Origin: Lama glama | Lineage: Eukaryota | Direction of reading: 5' to 3' | DNA length: 64,000 nucleotides | NCBI GenBank assembly: GCA_028534125.1 | Contig: CM052817.1 | Coordinates: 30,754,001-30,818,000 of the forward strand | Shown: piece by piece, positions 52,441 to 64,000 of the stretch | How positions within the stretch are numbered: position 1 is the first letter of the stretch | Layout: every line of letters begins with the position of its first letter | The notes under the pieces: generated by a model | Told to the model about the DNA's origin: nothing | The model's database searches: none | What the model saw: only the letters and a program-made list of their open reading frames with translations | Position numbers and translations under genes: made by a program

Positions 52441-54356
52441 GAAGAACAGCATTTTTGGTTTGTTTGATCTATTTTTCTCTTACCCTTCTCTCACACCAGC
52501 CTCTCCACTGCTAAAAATGTTTAGACAGAGCTTGGATGAGTACGAATATACATCCAAGATGCTGCAAATGGGATTCCAGCCGTGAGTGTGAGGTTGATTA
52601 AGTGGATTATTAGGTGCATTATAACTCCACATTGCTACAGAGCTAAGGGAAATATTATTCACAGAAATTAAAAGCATGGGAGTTGGAGGCACACAGTCCT
52701 TGGATATAATCGTGTAATTCTCCAACATGTCAGCTATATGATCTTGGACGTGTAATAAGCCTGTCTATGCCAGTTTCTTTAACAGAATCATAATGGTACC
52801 AATGGGACATAATTGCTGAGATACTTACATGAGAAATGCATTTAAAATGCATAGCAGCAGGCCTGTCATAGAGTAAGCACTCCCCTATCCTTGGGGACTG
52901 CTCTGTGGGTTAAGAGCCTATCTCATTAAAGTGTTGTTCCACTTCCTTGGGAGGTGCTGCTGCTTTCGAGATTAAATGGAAGGCCCTTTCATGGCCCGTA
53001 TAGAATCATTTGGATTACCTTTGATGATATCTGCCCCTAGCCCTTTAGAATCTCTCTAGGCTTGTTCAACCTGGACAATGAAGAGCCGTTTCATTCTTTT
53101 CTAGGCTCTGAGTTTTTTGAGTCATTGGATTAGTGGAGCCACAGAAGAATGGAGCCATTATCTTGGTGCAGGAAACTCTGTTATTGCTCATTATTTTCAA
53201 GTATTATGTACTTTCGTCTTTTGTGTCACAGTATAATTCTGTACTAAGGAAACCGTATGTGCTGAAAATATAGTCATTTTATTCACCCCATATAAAAAGG
53301 GCAATGAGGGATGCCATTTTTAGAAAAAGATAAAGAGTCTTTGAAGATCAGCTTCCTTTGTGTCTTTTATCTAGAAATACACATGCCAAATGAGATGCTA
53401 ATAGATTTGGTTTCTGCTAAGAAGCTTAAGAAAATTAGGGACCTTGGTTGAATGTAGAATTTACAGTTTAATCTAGAGAAAATGTAGTATAATGAGTTGC
53501 TTTGTTCCAGGTTCCACTTTCATGTTCCATTTTTATCTCCATCTTTATTGTCAAAAAATGTAAAAAATTTGTACTTTGTGACTTGGAGAATGACGGGTCA
53601 TACACTTAAGTCACTTACTTTTTTAAAAAAAAATGGATGTTGTACTTATATTCAGTGTCTGAGAAGAGTCACTGAGAAGGAAACAATAGCAAAAAAATTC
53701 TCCTATATGTATGCCCTAAAGAAAACAGACAACTAATATTCAGTCAAATAGGTGTGGTGCTAATAGGGCCATTTCTAGAATACCCCAGGGTCTGAAATGA
53801 TTTTGGAAAAATCGTTCCCTTCTGACCTTCAGCAGCTACAAGAATGAATTTGGAAAGAGCCACCTGAATGCTCACCAGTCTGTGCACTGACACTGTTTCT
53901 TGGCTGTCTTCCTCCCCAGCTCTAGTAAGGGAAGAATTGGCATTGAGATCAAACACACCTAGACTCAGGGTCATAGTGTACCCACTAAGACTTCGGGATC
54001 CATCCATTAAGATAAGATGATGAATTCAAGTTACAGTTTGACATTTAAGGGGATCTTCATCCTCCTCTATAAGCCAGAGCCACTGACGAGCATCTGGAAT
54101 TTAGCAAACCATGTCCCCTCCCCGTTGTATATCTTGTATTTTCCTTCCACTCCAGAAGCTCCCCCTTGTTCTAGCAGGGCTTTAGGGACAAAATCACAGG
54201 TAACAAAGCCAGCAATGTGACTTTTTCTGGAACTAGAATACCAGGCTAAGTTTACCAGTATGCCAGATGAAGTCGGAGGCAAATCTAGTTAAATTACCCA
54301 GGCCTCGGAGGTGACCATGCCCCTGCTCATTGCTACATGTCTGCTCTCCAGAGCTA

Positions 54357-54606
54357 GGAGGCAGCGTTAGGTAGTGGTTACAAGCACACACCCAGCAGTA
54401 AGACAGAGCAAGGTTTAACCTGGCTTTGCCGCAAGCTAGACAATCAGCTAGATGTTTGGTAATATTCCCAGCTTTCTCCTTTGAAATGTAGGAATTAAAA
54501 ATAGCTACTTCCTAGGGTTCTCCTAAGAATTCAAAGTAAAAATGCATGTGAAACAGTATAGAGCCTAGCATATAAGTAAAAATTCAACAAGTATTATCAT
54601 TACTAT
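54357..54606 (+). mobile_element. MIR
   Basis: ggaggcagcgttaggtagtggtta...ctacttcctagggtt...atgcatgtgaaa...gcctagcatataagta. Confidence 0.75.
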
Positions 54607-57600
54607 TAGCTGATTTGTTTCCATCCTAGGATTCTTCCATGGAAATAAGAGATATGATTTATCCATTTGCTAATCAATTAGCCTATGCATTCGTTTAACA
54701 CTTCACTCTCCAGATACTGCTGAGCTGCCTTTTCATACAAGGTACTGTGCTAAGTGCTTTCATAACAAAAATTTTCAAGATCATTAAGCAAAAAGAAGAG
54801 GAGGCTGGTGCCATTTGTGAAAAAAAGAGTGAAATATCTTGTTTCTAGGGTCCCTCTTCACCCATCACCCAGCAAATAGGAGACATGCCCCTCATGGTTA
54901 AATCAGCTCTTCTCCATTCAGAAAATGAATTGAAATCCTAAGACGGACACTAACATCTCTGATGCTCTGAGCAGACACTTTACTCCTACCCATGCAGTAG
55001 AAGATAGAAGCTTTCATTTTATTTTGTTTTGTTTCTTAAGAGTTCAGGTGCTGACAAAGAACGGCTAACACACATTTCAGTGCCCCTTTCACAGAGGCAC
55101 ACAACAATAGCGCAGTAGCGCGGGTGTAAGTCACAGGCTTTTTTCTGCCTAAAACTTTTGATGCAGAGAAAGAGATTCCCTGATACATCAAGGGAATGTA
55201 CTTTTGTATTTTTGTAGTCACAGACGCTGCTCACCTAGCAGAAGAGGTGTATTCCAGCAAAATCTGCTCCAAGTGAATTTGTACTGTGCATATTCCATTT
55301 TCTCATTGACTCACTTGGTGGCAAATGTTGTTCTTTGGATGTAATCAGAGTCATGTTAAAATTGAACACATTAAGATGTTATATATTTAAATGGAGAAAA
55401 ATATTTCTGATAAAATAACGTTAGTGTTAAAAATAATAGTATCATAAGGTATTCACATCACAAGATAAAATAACAAGAAATACCCTATGAAAATAATCAT
55501 TTGCCTCAAAATATCTTTCATACTCTTCCTATTCTAGAGATGGCAAACCTCCAAACAGTTATTTGGATGCTTTTTAAATTCGCTTTGAATCAACTTAGCA
55601 TTTGTAGGTTTACAGATAAATGTATTTATCTTTCTGAGATTTCTCTTCACTTGAGTTTTATGATTACTTTCTAAATATCTTACTAAGTGCTGTGTAGTTT
55701 TGGATGGGAGCTAGTAACTATTACAATAATAAAAGCTACTATTTATCAAGTGATATTAATTTCAAAGCACAATTATAATTTCATTTAATACTTGCATCAG
55801 TTCCAGGAGGCAAATTATACTTCCTCTTATAACAAATGAGGAAACTAGAGTGCAGGGAGGTTAGATAACTCGCTCAAGGACACTCAACTGCAAAGCCCGT
55901 GACCTTTACCAGAATAGTATCTGGCTTTGTATTAGGGGTTCACCCCATTGTCTATGGAAGCATCATTACCTGGCCATCAGCTAGTGTCTGTCTGAAAGAC
56001 TACAGACAAACAATTTATTGTGTCTGTATCATCTGTTCTCTTTCTAGTTTAGTAGATTGTTAAACTATTGACTAGTATTTTATTAGAGATTGTTAGGACC
56101 TCACATATTATTTATTAACCCTAGCAAAGTTCACTTCATTTAGGGACATTAGCCGTCGCATAGAATTTGTCTGCAATCAATCACTCCAAAAGATTCTAGT
56201 CATACATTTGAGTGGTTCTTTTTCTTCAGCTTATTCCTTTAGTTCATAATCCTGAATTAAATCACCCAAAACTAAGTGTAGTATGTCCAAAAAAAGCAGT
56301 TTATATACTGAATATCAAACTTTCAATACTCTGACAATGAAAAGTCTTTTTAATTTTTAGGAAACCTCATGGAAATAGAGAGGTTTCTAATGTCCACTTT
56401 GTAAACATCTGTGAATGAGATATTAGCATGGCAGCTCCCCTGATCTAAGATCATTGTATACTTCTTTATCACTGGAGTCTCATTTGTATATAAACCTTAG
56501 ACAAAAAATAGACATGATTTTTTCACTTTTAAACTTGTGACCTGTCAATCTGAGGGCCTCCCAAATAACCTCCTAGAATTAATCCAAATTCATTTATTTG
56601 ATCAGCTGATCCTGAATGACTTGTCAACAATATTCATAGTACAGGTTCCCTATGTGCTCAGAATCTTATCTCTTTTCTAATCTCAGCAGTAATGGGGACA
56701 ATAAAAAACAAAGCTTATAAAAAGTAAATCATCCAAGGAATAAAACAAAAATCCAATCAATCAATTAAGGGAAAGGTTTAACTTTTCCTGGATATTGGAT
56801 ACTTCTAAATCAATAAATAACAGATATTTCCTTGATGCCTTAAAGTCAAAGCATAATTATAAATTATCTAGTAAGTTAATTTATTGATACAGTCTCTAAC
56901 CCAAGATTATATTTTTTTTCCAGAAAGATATGTTATTAGCCATAATAAGAGTCTGGCCAAGTCAGGGTAAAGTGTTAATGAATGCTTCCAAATTTTGTAT
57001 AGACTGTGTATGAGATGCCAAGTTTGGCCTGGTTTCAGACCTAAGGATGGTACCCAGACAACTGGTGTGTTATTTTATTTTTGTTGTTTTTTTACTTTTT
57101 TTTTCTTATGAGCAATTTTAAAAGATTGAGAAAAGAGAAATGATATCCTTTTAGCTTCTGGATATATACACACAATTATCTTTTTTAAATATACAAATAA
57201 TGCTTAAACATCATATTTTTCTAGAAAAATTGGAAATTAATCTGCACCTCTGGCCCCTTCACAAACATGACAAGATCTTCTGCTTTAACTATCCTCTGCG
57301 TTTCTTCCAATATTTACTGTCAGGAATGTTAATTACAGCTCATTTTTGAGCACGTAACCATCGTTACACTATGGTATTTTAAGAATCAACACTCATTGGT
57401 ATTTACCGACAGGTGCTGCTAATCTTTGTTGTGGTTCACGCTTGCTTCTTTCAATTCTCAGCTTCGTTTTCATTTTATTTTCCTTCATGCTGGAATATAA
57501 GCAGCAGGAATCTGGTTCATACATCAGAAAATGTCTTTATCTCATCTGGGTTCTTTAACAGGCTTTGGGTATAGAATTCTACTTTTAAAGATATTTTTAC

Positions 57601-57635
57601 TCAACACTTTGGAGATTCATTTCCACTGTCCTTTG

Positions 57636-57842
57636 GTTTTTGTGTTTTTTAAATTAAATTTAATTTTTAATTGAAGCATAGTCAATTTACAGTGTTGTGT
57701 CAATTTCTGGTGTATGGCATAATAGTTCAGTCATACATATACATACATATATTCGTTTTCATATTCTTTTTCATTTTAAGTTACTACAAGATATTGAATA
57801 TAGTTCCCTGTGCTACACCGTATAAACTTGTTGTTTATCTAT
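57636..57842 (-). mobile_element. Young 5'-truncated L1 with perfect 16-bp TSD
   Basis: attgaagcatagtcaatttacagtgttgtgtcaatttctggtgta...; TSD tttccactgtcctttg at 57620-57635 and 57843-57858. Confidence 0.92.
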
Positions 57843-58454
57843 TTTCCACTGTCCTTTGAATTGCATTACTAATTTTTAAAAAACCCTCATACTTTCTATT
57901 ATACTTTAGAATTTTTTCTTTGCCATTGACTCTACACTTACTTTGACTATATTGTGCCTTGGTGGTGGTGGTTTTCTGGGTTTTTTTTTTTTTAAGCATA
58001 CTCAGCATTCTGGGATATTTTATTTAAGTTAAAGACTCCTATTTTAGTAATTCAAGTAAGTTTTCAACTATCATATTTCAAAATGTTGGTTTACCTCCCC
58101 TCTCCTTATTCTCTCCTTTTGTAACTAATTTCATGCTTATTTTTGAGCTTCTGGGTCTATTTTATCTGTTTCTTAATATTTTTTATAATTTCTAGATCTT
58201 TATTTTTTATATTGAATTCTGAGACATTTCCTCAACTTAATTTTTTAGTTCAACAACTCAGCCTCAGTTGTGTTCAGTTCTCCACTTGGCTCATTATTTA
58301 GAACTTTTATTTCAACAACCATATTTTTAATTTCTGTTTTCCAATGATCCTTTTTAATACCAATCTAAATAATTTCATGATTTTATTTAAGCTTTTTAAT
58401 CTTTTATCTATTTAGGAATATTAATTGTATGTAACCTGAAGCTTTTTTAGATTG

Positions 58455-58740
58455 CAGTAGAACACAGTGGCTAAAAATCTGAACACTGGATTTGGATGCT
58501 GAGTTCTAATTCTGGTTCCATAACTTACTACCTTTCCTCTTTTGAGTAGTTACTTAATATCTCTGTCTTTCAGTTTCCTTGCCCATAAGATAGTGAAAGC
58601 TATAGTGTCTATCTCATGAGGGTGCTAGAACAATAATTATATATATATAATTATATATGTAAATATATATATATGCACACATATATTTAGTACAGTGCTT
58701 GGTACATAATTAGTGCTTGTGATTAGCTACTATTGTAGTT
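58455..58740 (+). mobile_element. MIR with internal (TA)n expansion
   Basis: cagtggctaaaa...ttacttaatatctctgtctttcagtttcct...tacagtgcttggtacataattagtgct. Confidence 0.8.
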
Positions 58741-61316
58741 ACTATTATCATTAAATTACTATTTCCTCAGGTGTAAGCTGTTTATACTGTTTACTCATAA
58801 CATTTATTCTCTCTGTGTTTTTGGTAAGTTTTGCTTATTAGCTCATTTTCCAAGGAAGAGTACTCCTGCAAGCATCCTGGGTTTTAATGACTTCACAGTA
58901 GGGAAGCCAGGTAGAAGTTTCCACCCTAAACTTATAGAGAGGAGGGACTATACACATATCTTGCTTAGAACTACATAGATCAGGGCTCTGACCTTGACAG
59001 GATGGCCAAGTTTCCTGCCTTTTCCTTGACTCTACACTACAATGCTGTCTAGGATGGTGGCCCCAACCAGAGCAGAAACTCAGCCCAGACATGAATCTTG
59101 GAGTCACAGAAGGCATAGTTTGAGCCTCCATGGTTGCTTAGACCCTGTGGTTAGAGGCACTGATAATTCTGCACTCACAAGTGAGTGAGCTTGTGTTGGA
59201 GGCTAAAAGGCCTTTTTCATAGAAACATTGAAGACATTTCCTAGGCCATCCTAGGAAAGTGTGGAAATTTCTGGAGTAATTATATTTTTAGAGGTGGGGG
59301 TGATAATCTGGTATACTACTGAATGCTATTAATGCAATGCCCTTTAAACTTCAGGATTGTATGTTACAGGAAAGTGTAAGAAGGGAGTCACAGTTTCACA
59401 CAGTAAGTAAATCATACCATTCAAATTTTCAAACAAAGAATCAGAACTATCTTCTAGTGCTTTTAATTGATGAGCAAATAATGCTGTAGAATCTCATGTT
59501 TGCCAAACAGTAACAACCATGTTATAGAGTTCCCTCAATATTTAGAAAGGAAGAAATTTTGCTTATTATGTGCACAGGGAACAGTATGTGACTCAAAAGA
59601 TAATTGGCCCCTTTCCCTCTGTCCTCTGGACCTGTGAGCTGCTAGTCCTCTAAATGCATGACCTAGCCATTCATTTCTTCCATAGAGCCCTTGCGCTTCC
59701 TCAGTTTTCCAAACTTTGGAAATGAAAGGCAATGTACATATTTTCCTTTTCCCAAATTGTTGCTTCTAAGCAATTAAACTGCTCCTGTCTTTCTATATCT
59801 GCCTATACCACCTTTTTTCAACCCCTACTAGTGTCATCTTGTATCCCCATGGAGTTACAGCTACCTTTCAATACAACTCACATAACTCACAGGTTTGGTT
59901 TTTCATTCCACTCTACCATCAATCCAATGGATTCTGCATCTAAATAGATGATACTATGGGCCACTTCTTAGTTTATTGACCTCCTATATCATTCATATCA
60001 AAAGCATACCAGAAAGTCTATGACTAGTCTACATGCTTTGTGACCTTAACCTCTTCATCCAGTTTTCCACAAGCCCCCAGCTGGGCGTCCTGCCTCAACA
60101 GTTACTCCAGTTCTTGGGCTCCCACATTAGACTCTTGTTCAGTCAGGATGCCATGGATGAACACTGTAATGTGGTTCTCCACTACATTTTAAAACCTTTC
60201 AATCTCTCCAGAAGGCTAGTGGCCACCATGTTTACTTTAATAATCTACTTCCTTTGTTCCCATTCCTAGACACCAGAATAAGATTGGAGGAAACCACTCT
60301 TTATCATCCACGTTTCCATCAATCACCCCACCACTCTACCAAAACAGCACTCCTTTCAGTCATTAGTCATCTCATAACTGTCACACCCAATGACCTTTCA
60401 CCGCTCTTGTATGTGCTACATCTTCAACTAGATTAGCAGATTGCTGAGAGCAAATCCTCTATTTTATACATTTTTTTATCTCCTTAAGAATTGGTATGTT
60501 GTAAACACGTAATATTGTTTTTGAATGAATGAATGGCTACCTGGATGAATGAATGATTGGATAGACAGAGGAATAATTGAATTTCCCCAAAGAACAGTAA
60601 GAACTCTGTTGTTTCACCTTAACTCACTTTCACTTCATTGTAAATCACACACCGTAATGGTGGAACCGCTTTTAGCCCTGCACGGAAGCAATGCCAAGCC
60701 CTGCTCAGCTCAGTCCTCTCCCCAACTTAATTAGTTTCCTTCTGACAATTTTGGTTGTACTCCCATGAGCAAGATCAGGCTGCAGAAGCCAAGCCAAGTT
60801 CAAGGGTCAGATAGAATAATAAGCTATACTCATCTGAGATTATTTTGACTTGATTTTGTTCCTAGGTCAGCAAAGCTTAAGGGTATAGGATTGCATGAGT
60901 GACAGTGATTCCCAGGTGCCTCCCTCAGCATTCACAACGATATACCTAAAGCTTGGTGGCCTCGGTGGTCCTCAACGCAGGAGGGAATCACTTGATCAGA
61001 CAATCCCAGGCATGTAGGATTTTTGAATACTACAGCTCTTAGGCAGAGTAGTTAAAGGCTGGTTAGGACTTGGAGGTCCAGCTTATTACCACAGAATGAT
61101 TGTCTGGCTGTCCTGTGGTTATGTGTTTCACTTTTTATTTCTTCCTGAGCCGTGGCTTGGGTTACAGAGCAGCAGGCCTACCATACCTGCTTTCTTTCCT
61201 CTAAAATAGGCTTTAGATTTATTTTTAATTTGATTTGTTTACATGATGTCTAAAAGAATGTTCTGATTACATTTGCAGTATTCTTTTCATTGTCTTTTGT
61301 CAAGAAATCATTTTCT

Positions 61317-62039
61317 CTTCTTTTTTTTCTTTTTTCTATTGAAGTGTAGTCAGTCTATAAAGTTGTGCTAATTTCTGGTGTATAGCACAGTGATTCAGTT
61401 ATATATATATATATATAACTTTTCATATTCTTTTTCATTATAGGCCATTACAAGGTATTGAATACTGTTCCCTGTGCTATACAGTAGGACTTTGTTGTTT
61501 ATCTAGTTTATGTATAGTAATTAGTATCTAAAAATCCCACACTCCCTGTTTATTTCTCTACCCCTCCTTCCTCTCTGGTAACCATAAGTTTGTTTTCTAT
61601 GTCTGTGAGTCTGTCTCTGTTTTGTAAATAAGTTCGTTTGTGTCGTTTTTTTAGATTCCACGTATGAGTGATATCATATGGCAGTTTTCCTTCTCTTTCT
61701 GGCTTATTTCACTTAGTATAACAGAGAAATGCAAATCAAAACTACAAGGAGGTGTCACCTCACATCAGTCAGCATGATCATCATTCAAAATTCCACAAAC
61801 AGTAAATGCTGGAGAGGGTGTAGAGGAAAGGGAGCCCTCCTACACTGTTGGTGGGAATGTAGTTTTGTGTAGACATTATGGAAACAGTATGGAGATTCCT
61901 TTAAAAACTAAAAATAAACTTACCATGTGATCCAGCAATCCCACTCCTGGGCATATATCCAGAGGGAACTTCAATGTGAAAAGATACATACACCCCAATG
62001 TTCATAGCAGCACTATATACAATAGCCAAGACATGGAAG
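61317..62039 (-). mobile_element. 5'-inverted truncated L1 with 16-bp TSD
   Basis: Antisense L1 3' UTR ~61317-61721 fused to a sense ORF2 C-terminal piece ~61722-62039; TSD caagaa(a/g)tcattttct at 61301-61316 and 62040-62055. Confidence 0.92.
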
Positions 62040-63479
62040 CAAGAAGTCATTTTCTTAATGCTCATCTCCATGCGTTTATAATAATGACCAGTCCTTGGAA
62101 CCTAAAAGTTAACAAAATCCTTCCGTTTTTCCACTGGGCACACTTCCTCCCGAGATTATTCATGGGCGGTAGGGTCACTGCAGAGCTCCTCCAGTTCTTG
62201 CAGGAAAAAAGGTGGCCTTCCTTCTTTTAATCCTGTTCCTTCCTAAATAAAGTCCTAGAAGGAAATAAGACTATTTACTGCTTCTTGGAAAATTGTCTGT
62301 ACCACGTCTCCACCACCACGGAGTAAAATGTCACAGCTTACAAGAAATCAGTCATATAAAGGAATGAATTAAATTTCAGCCTCAAATGTAAAGATCAACA
62401 TTCAAATTTCCTGACAATATATGATATATAATATATGGACTAATTCGTATATGAGTTGTATGCCCACTCTCCTTGTTATAAAGGATGGTGTGGTGAATTA
62501 TTAAGCACTGTGTTAGAATCACAGAAGATTGTTCAGGATCTCATTCTTCCTGTTACCTGTGGCCCTTCAGAGGATAGGTGTCCCTACTCTCAGAAAGTAG
62601 AGTGTTCCTATGAAATCTTTCATAAGCCAAAACAGCAGAAAGCAAGGAAGCAGTTACCTTAGGAGACACTGCTAATGGATGCACAAAATAAACCAAGATA
62701 AAGCACAGATGCTTACAGACTCAGTTCAAAGCTATGGTGGCTGGATGCTGGAATGCTGAGTGTCGTCATTCAAAATGTCATGACAACATTAAATTGTCTT
62801 CTAACAGTAGAATTTTTGACCAACATTTCCTGAATGTGCAGTTTTGCAAAGGCAAGAAATTAACTGGTGGGAGGAGTGTCTCCAAACAAATAGCACTAAA
62901 GTAAACCTGGGGAGTCAGTCCTGAGCTCTCTCTTGTAATCACTGTACTTAAGTGCTCTCTCAGTGGTCCGATGGAAAGTCAATAATGGTGCCCTGAGCAC
63001 ACCAGCAGGCATACTGAGTCTCAGAACATGACCCCACATCCCTATTTGTCATTTTTATTTGGCTGAAATTAGAAAGTTTGTTTCACGGAGGAAACTTGTA
63101 CCTGAAAAAATTCCCCAACAATTCAGGGGATCTAGTAACAAGAAACATGTTTCAGTAACAAGAAATGTCAGTGAAAATGGTCTAGGCATTTTGGAGGTCT
63201 CATGAAATTATGTATATTTCTAACCAAGTTACTTTTCTGAATCTTTAAGGGATCTCACCTATCCCGTTATGTGCAGACAATAACCATGGAACTCAGAAAT
63301 TATCTATCATGGAAAAATAACTTAAACATAGCATCCTATTAAGCAATAATATCTTCAACTAAAGAGACAATATTAATTCCATTGCATTATTTATAGCAGG
63401 TTTCCTCATTAGAGAGACTCTTTGGCATTGTTGTTGATTAGCTCTTAGAGATGCTTTGTCCAAATGGTGATATCATAGA

Positions 63480-63735
63480 AGCTAACAATTGAATAAAATG
63501 CTAGACTTTACTGAGTGCTTGCTATATGCCAGACACTATAAAAAATTTGCATGGATTGTCTTATTGCATTCTCACAAAAATCTCTTCGAGGTAAACTAAT
63601 ATTCTTATGTTAAACGAGGAAATAAAGGCCGGAGGGTGGTTAAATAACTTTCAAAAGGCTGTACACATAATAAATACTGGAAGCATTATTATGAAGTAGG
63701 AACTGTGGTTTTAATGCTTTCAGCACCATATTCAG
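63480..63735 (-). mobile_element. MIR
   Basis: ttactgagtgcttgctatatgccagacact...gaggaaataaaggc...ggttaaataactt. Confidence 0.8.
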
Positions 63736-64000
63736 CCTCTGTACTGAATAAATTCCCTAACCTCCTAAGCACACTTACTTGCAGGTTACGTATGATCCTC
63801 ATAACAGTCTAGTTTGTAGATAAGCAAGTTTATGTCAATTGGTGTTAAGGTCACACAGGTTGCCAGTGGCAAAAATGGACCCAAGTCCACCTTTCACTTC
63901 AAGTCGCTCAAAATTATTAAGAAATGAAACCACCTAAATTCATACTGGGAAATAAATGCTTCTTTTCGTGGACTCACTGCATATCCACATTAAGGATGAC

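Noticed and set aside
61976..62230. ORF resembling the L1 ORF2 end
   Set aside because: Fragment of the inverted L1 piece, not a gene.
63134..63165. Direct repeat agtaacaagaaa x2 (also agctaaaattcta x2 near 17220-17250)
   Set aside because: Two-copy local slippage duplications with no array or spacer structure; not CRISPR-like.
63719..63739. ttcagcacca RE1 left half-site
   Set aside because: The GGAC core of the right half is missing, and it lies at a MIR edge.

Overview
Mammalian genomic DNA, AT-rich and repeat-dense. A tRNA-derived SINE of the camelid Vic-1 type at ~46.6 kb suggests a camel or alpaca relative. The window lies inside the GABA-A receptor beta-1 gene (GABRB1, + strand). It holds one coding exon (36611-36831, 221 nt, matching exon 4), with about 36.6 kb of intron upstream and 27 kb downstream. 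The rest is mostly interspersed repeats (L1, L2, MIR, MaLR and ERV solo LTRs, MER8/MER20/MER53/MER5 DNA transposons), microsatellites and one 100-N assembly gap. The other ORFs in the track look spurious. I found no evidence of a new protein-coding system. The best leads are non-coding: a MEF2 + RFX X-box + AP-1 motif cluster with a nearby RE1-like site (20.4-21.0 kb), a ~117-nt hairpin at 8.44-8.56 kb, a candidate 23-nt poison micro-exon after exon 4, two twin-primed (5'-inverted) L1 insertions, and a possible mini 3' transduction. Repeat family names come from recalled consensus sequences, and old-repeat boundaries are approximate.
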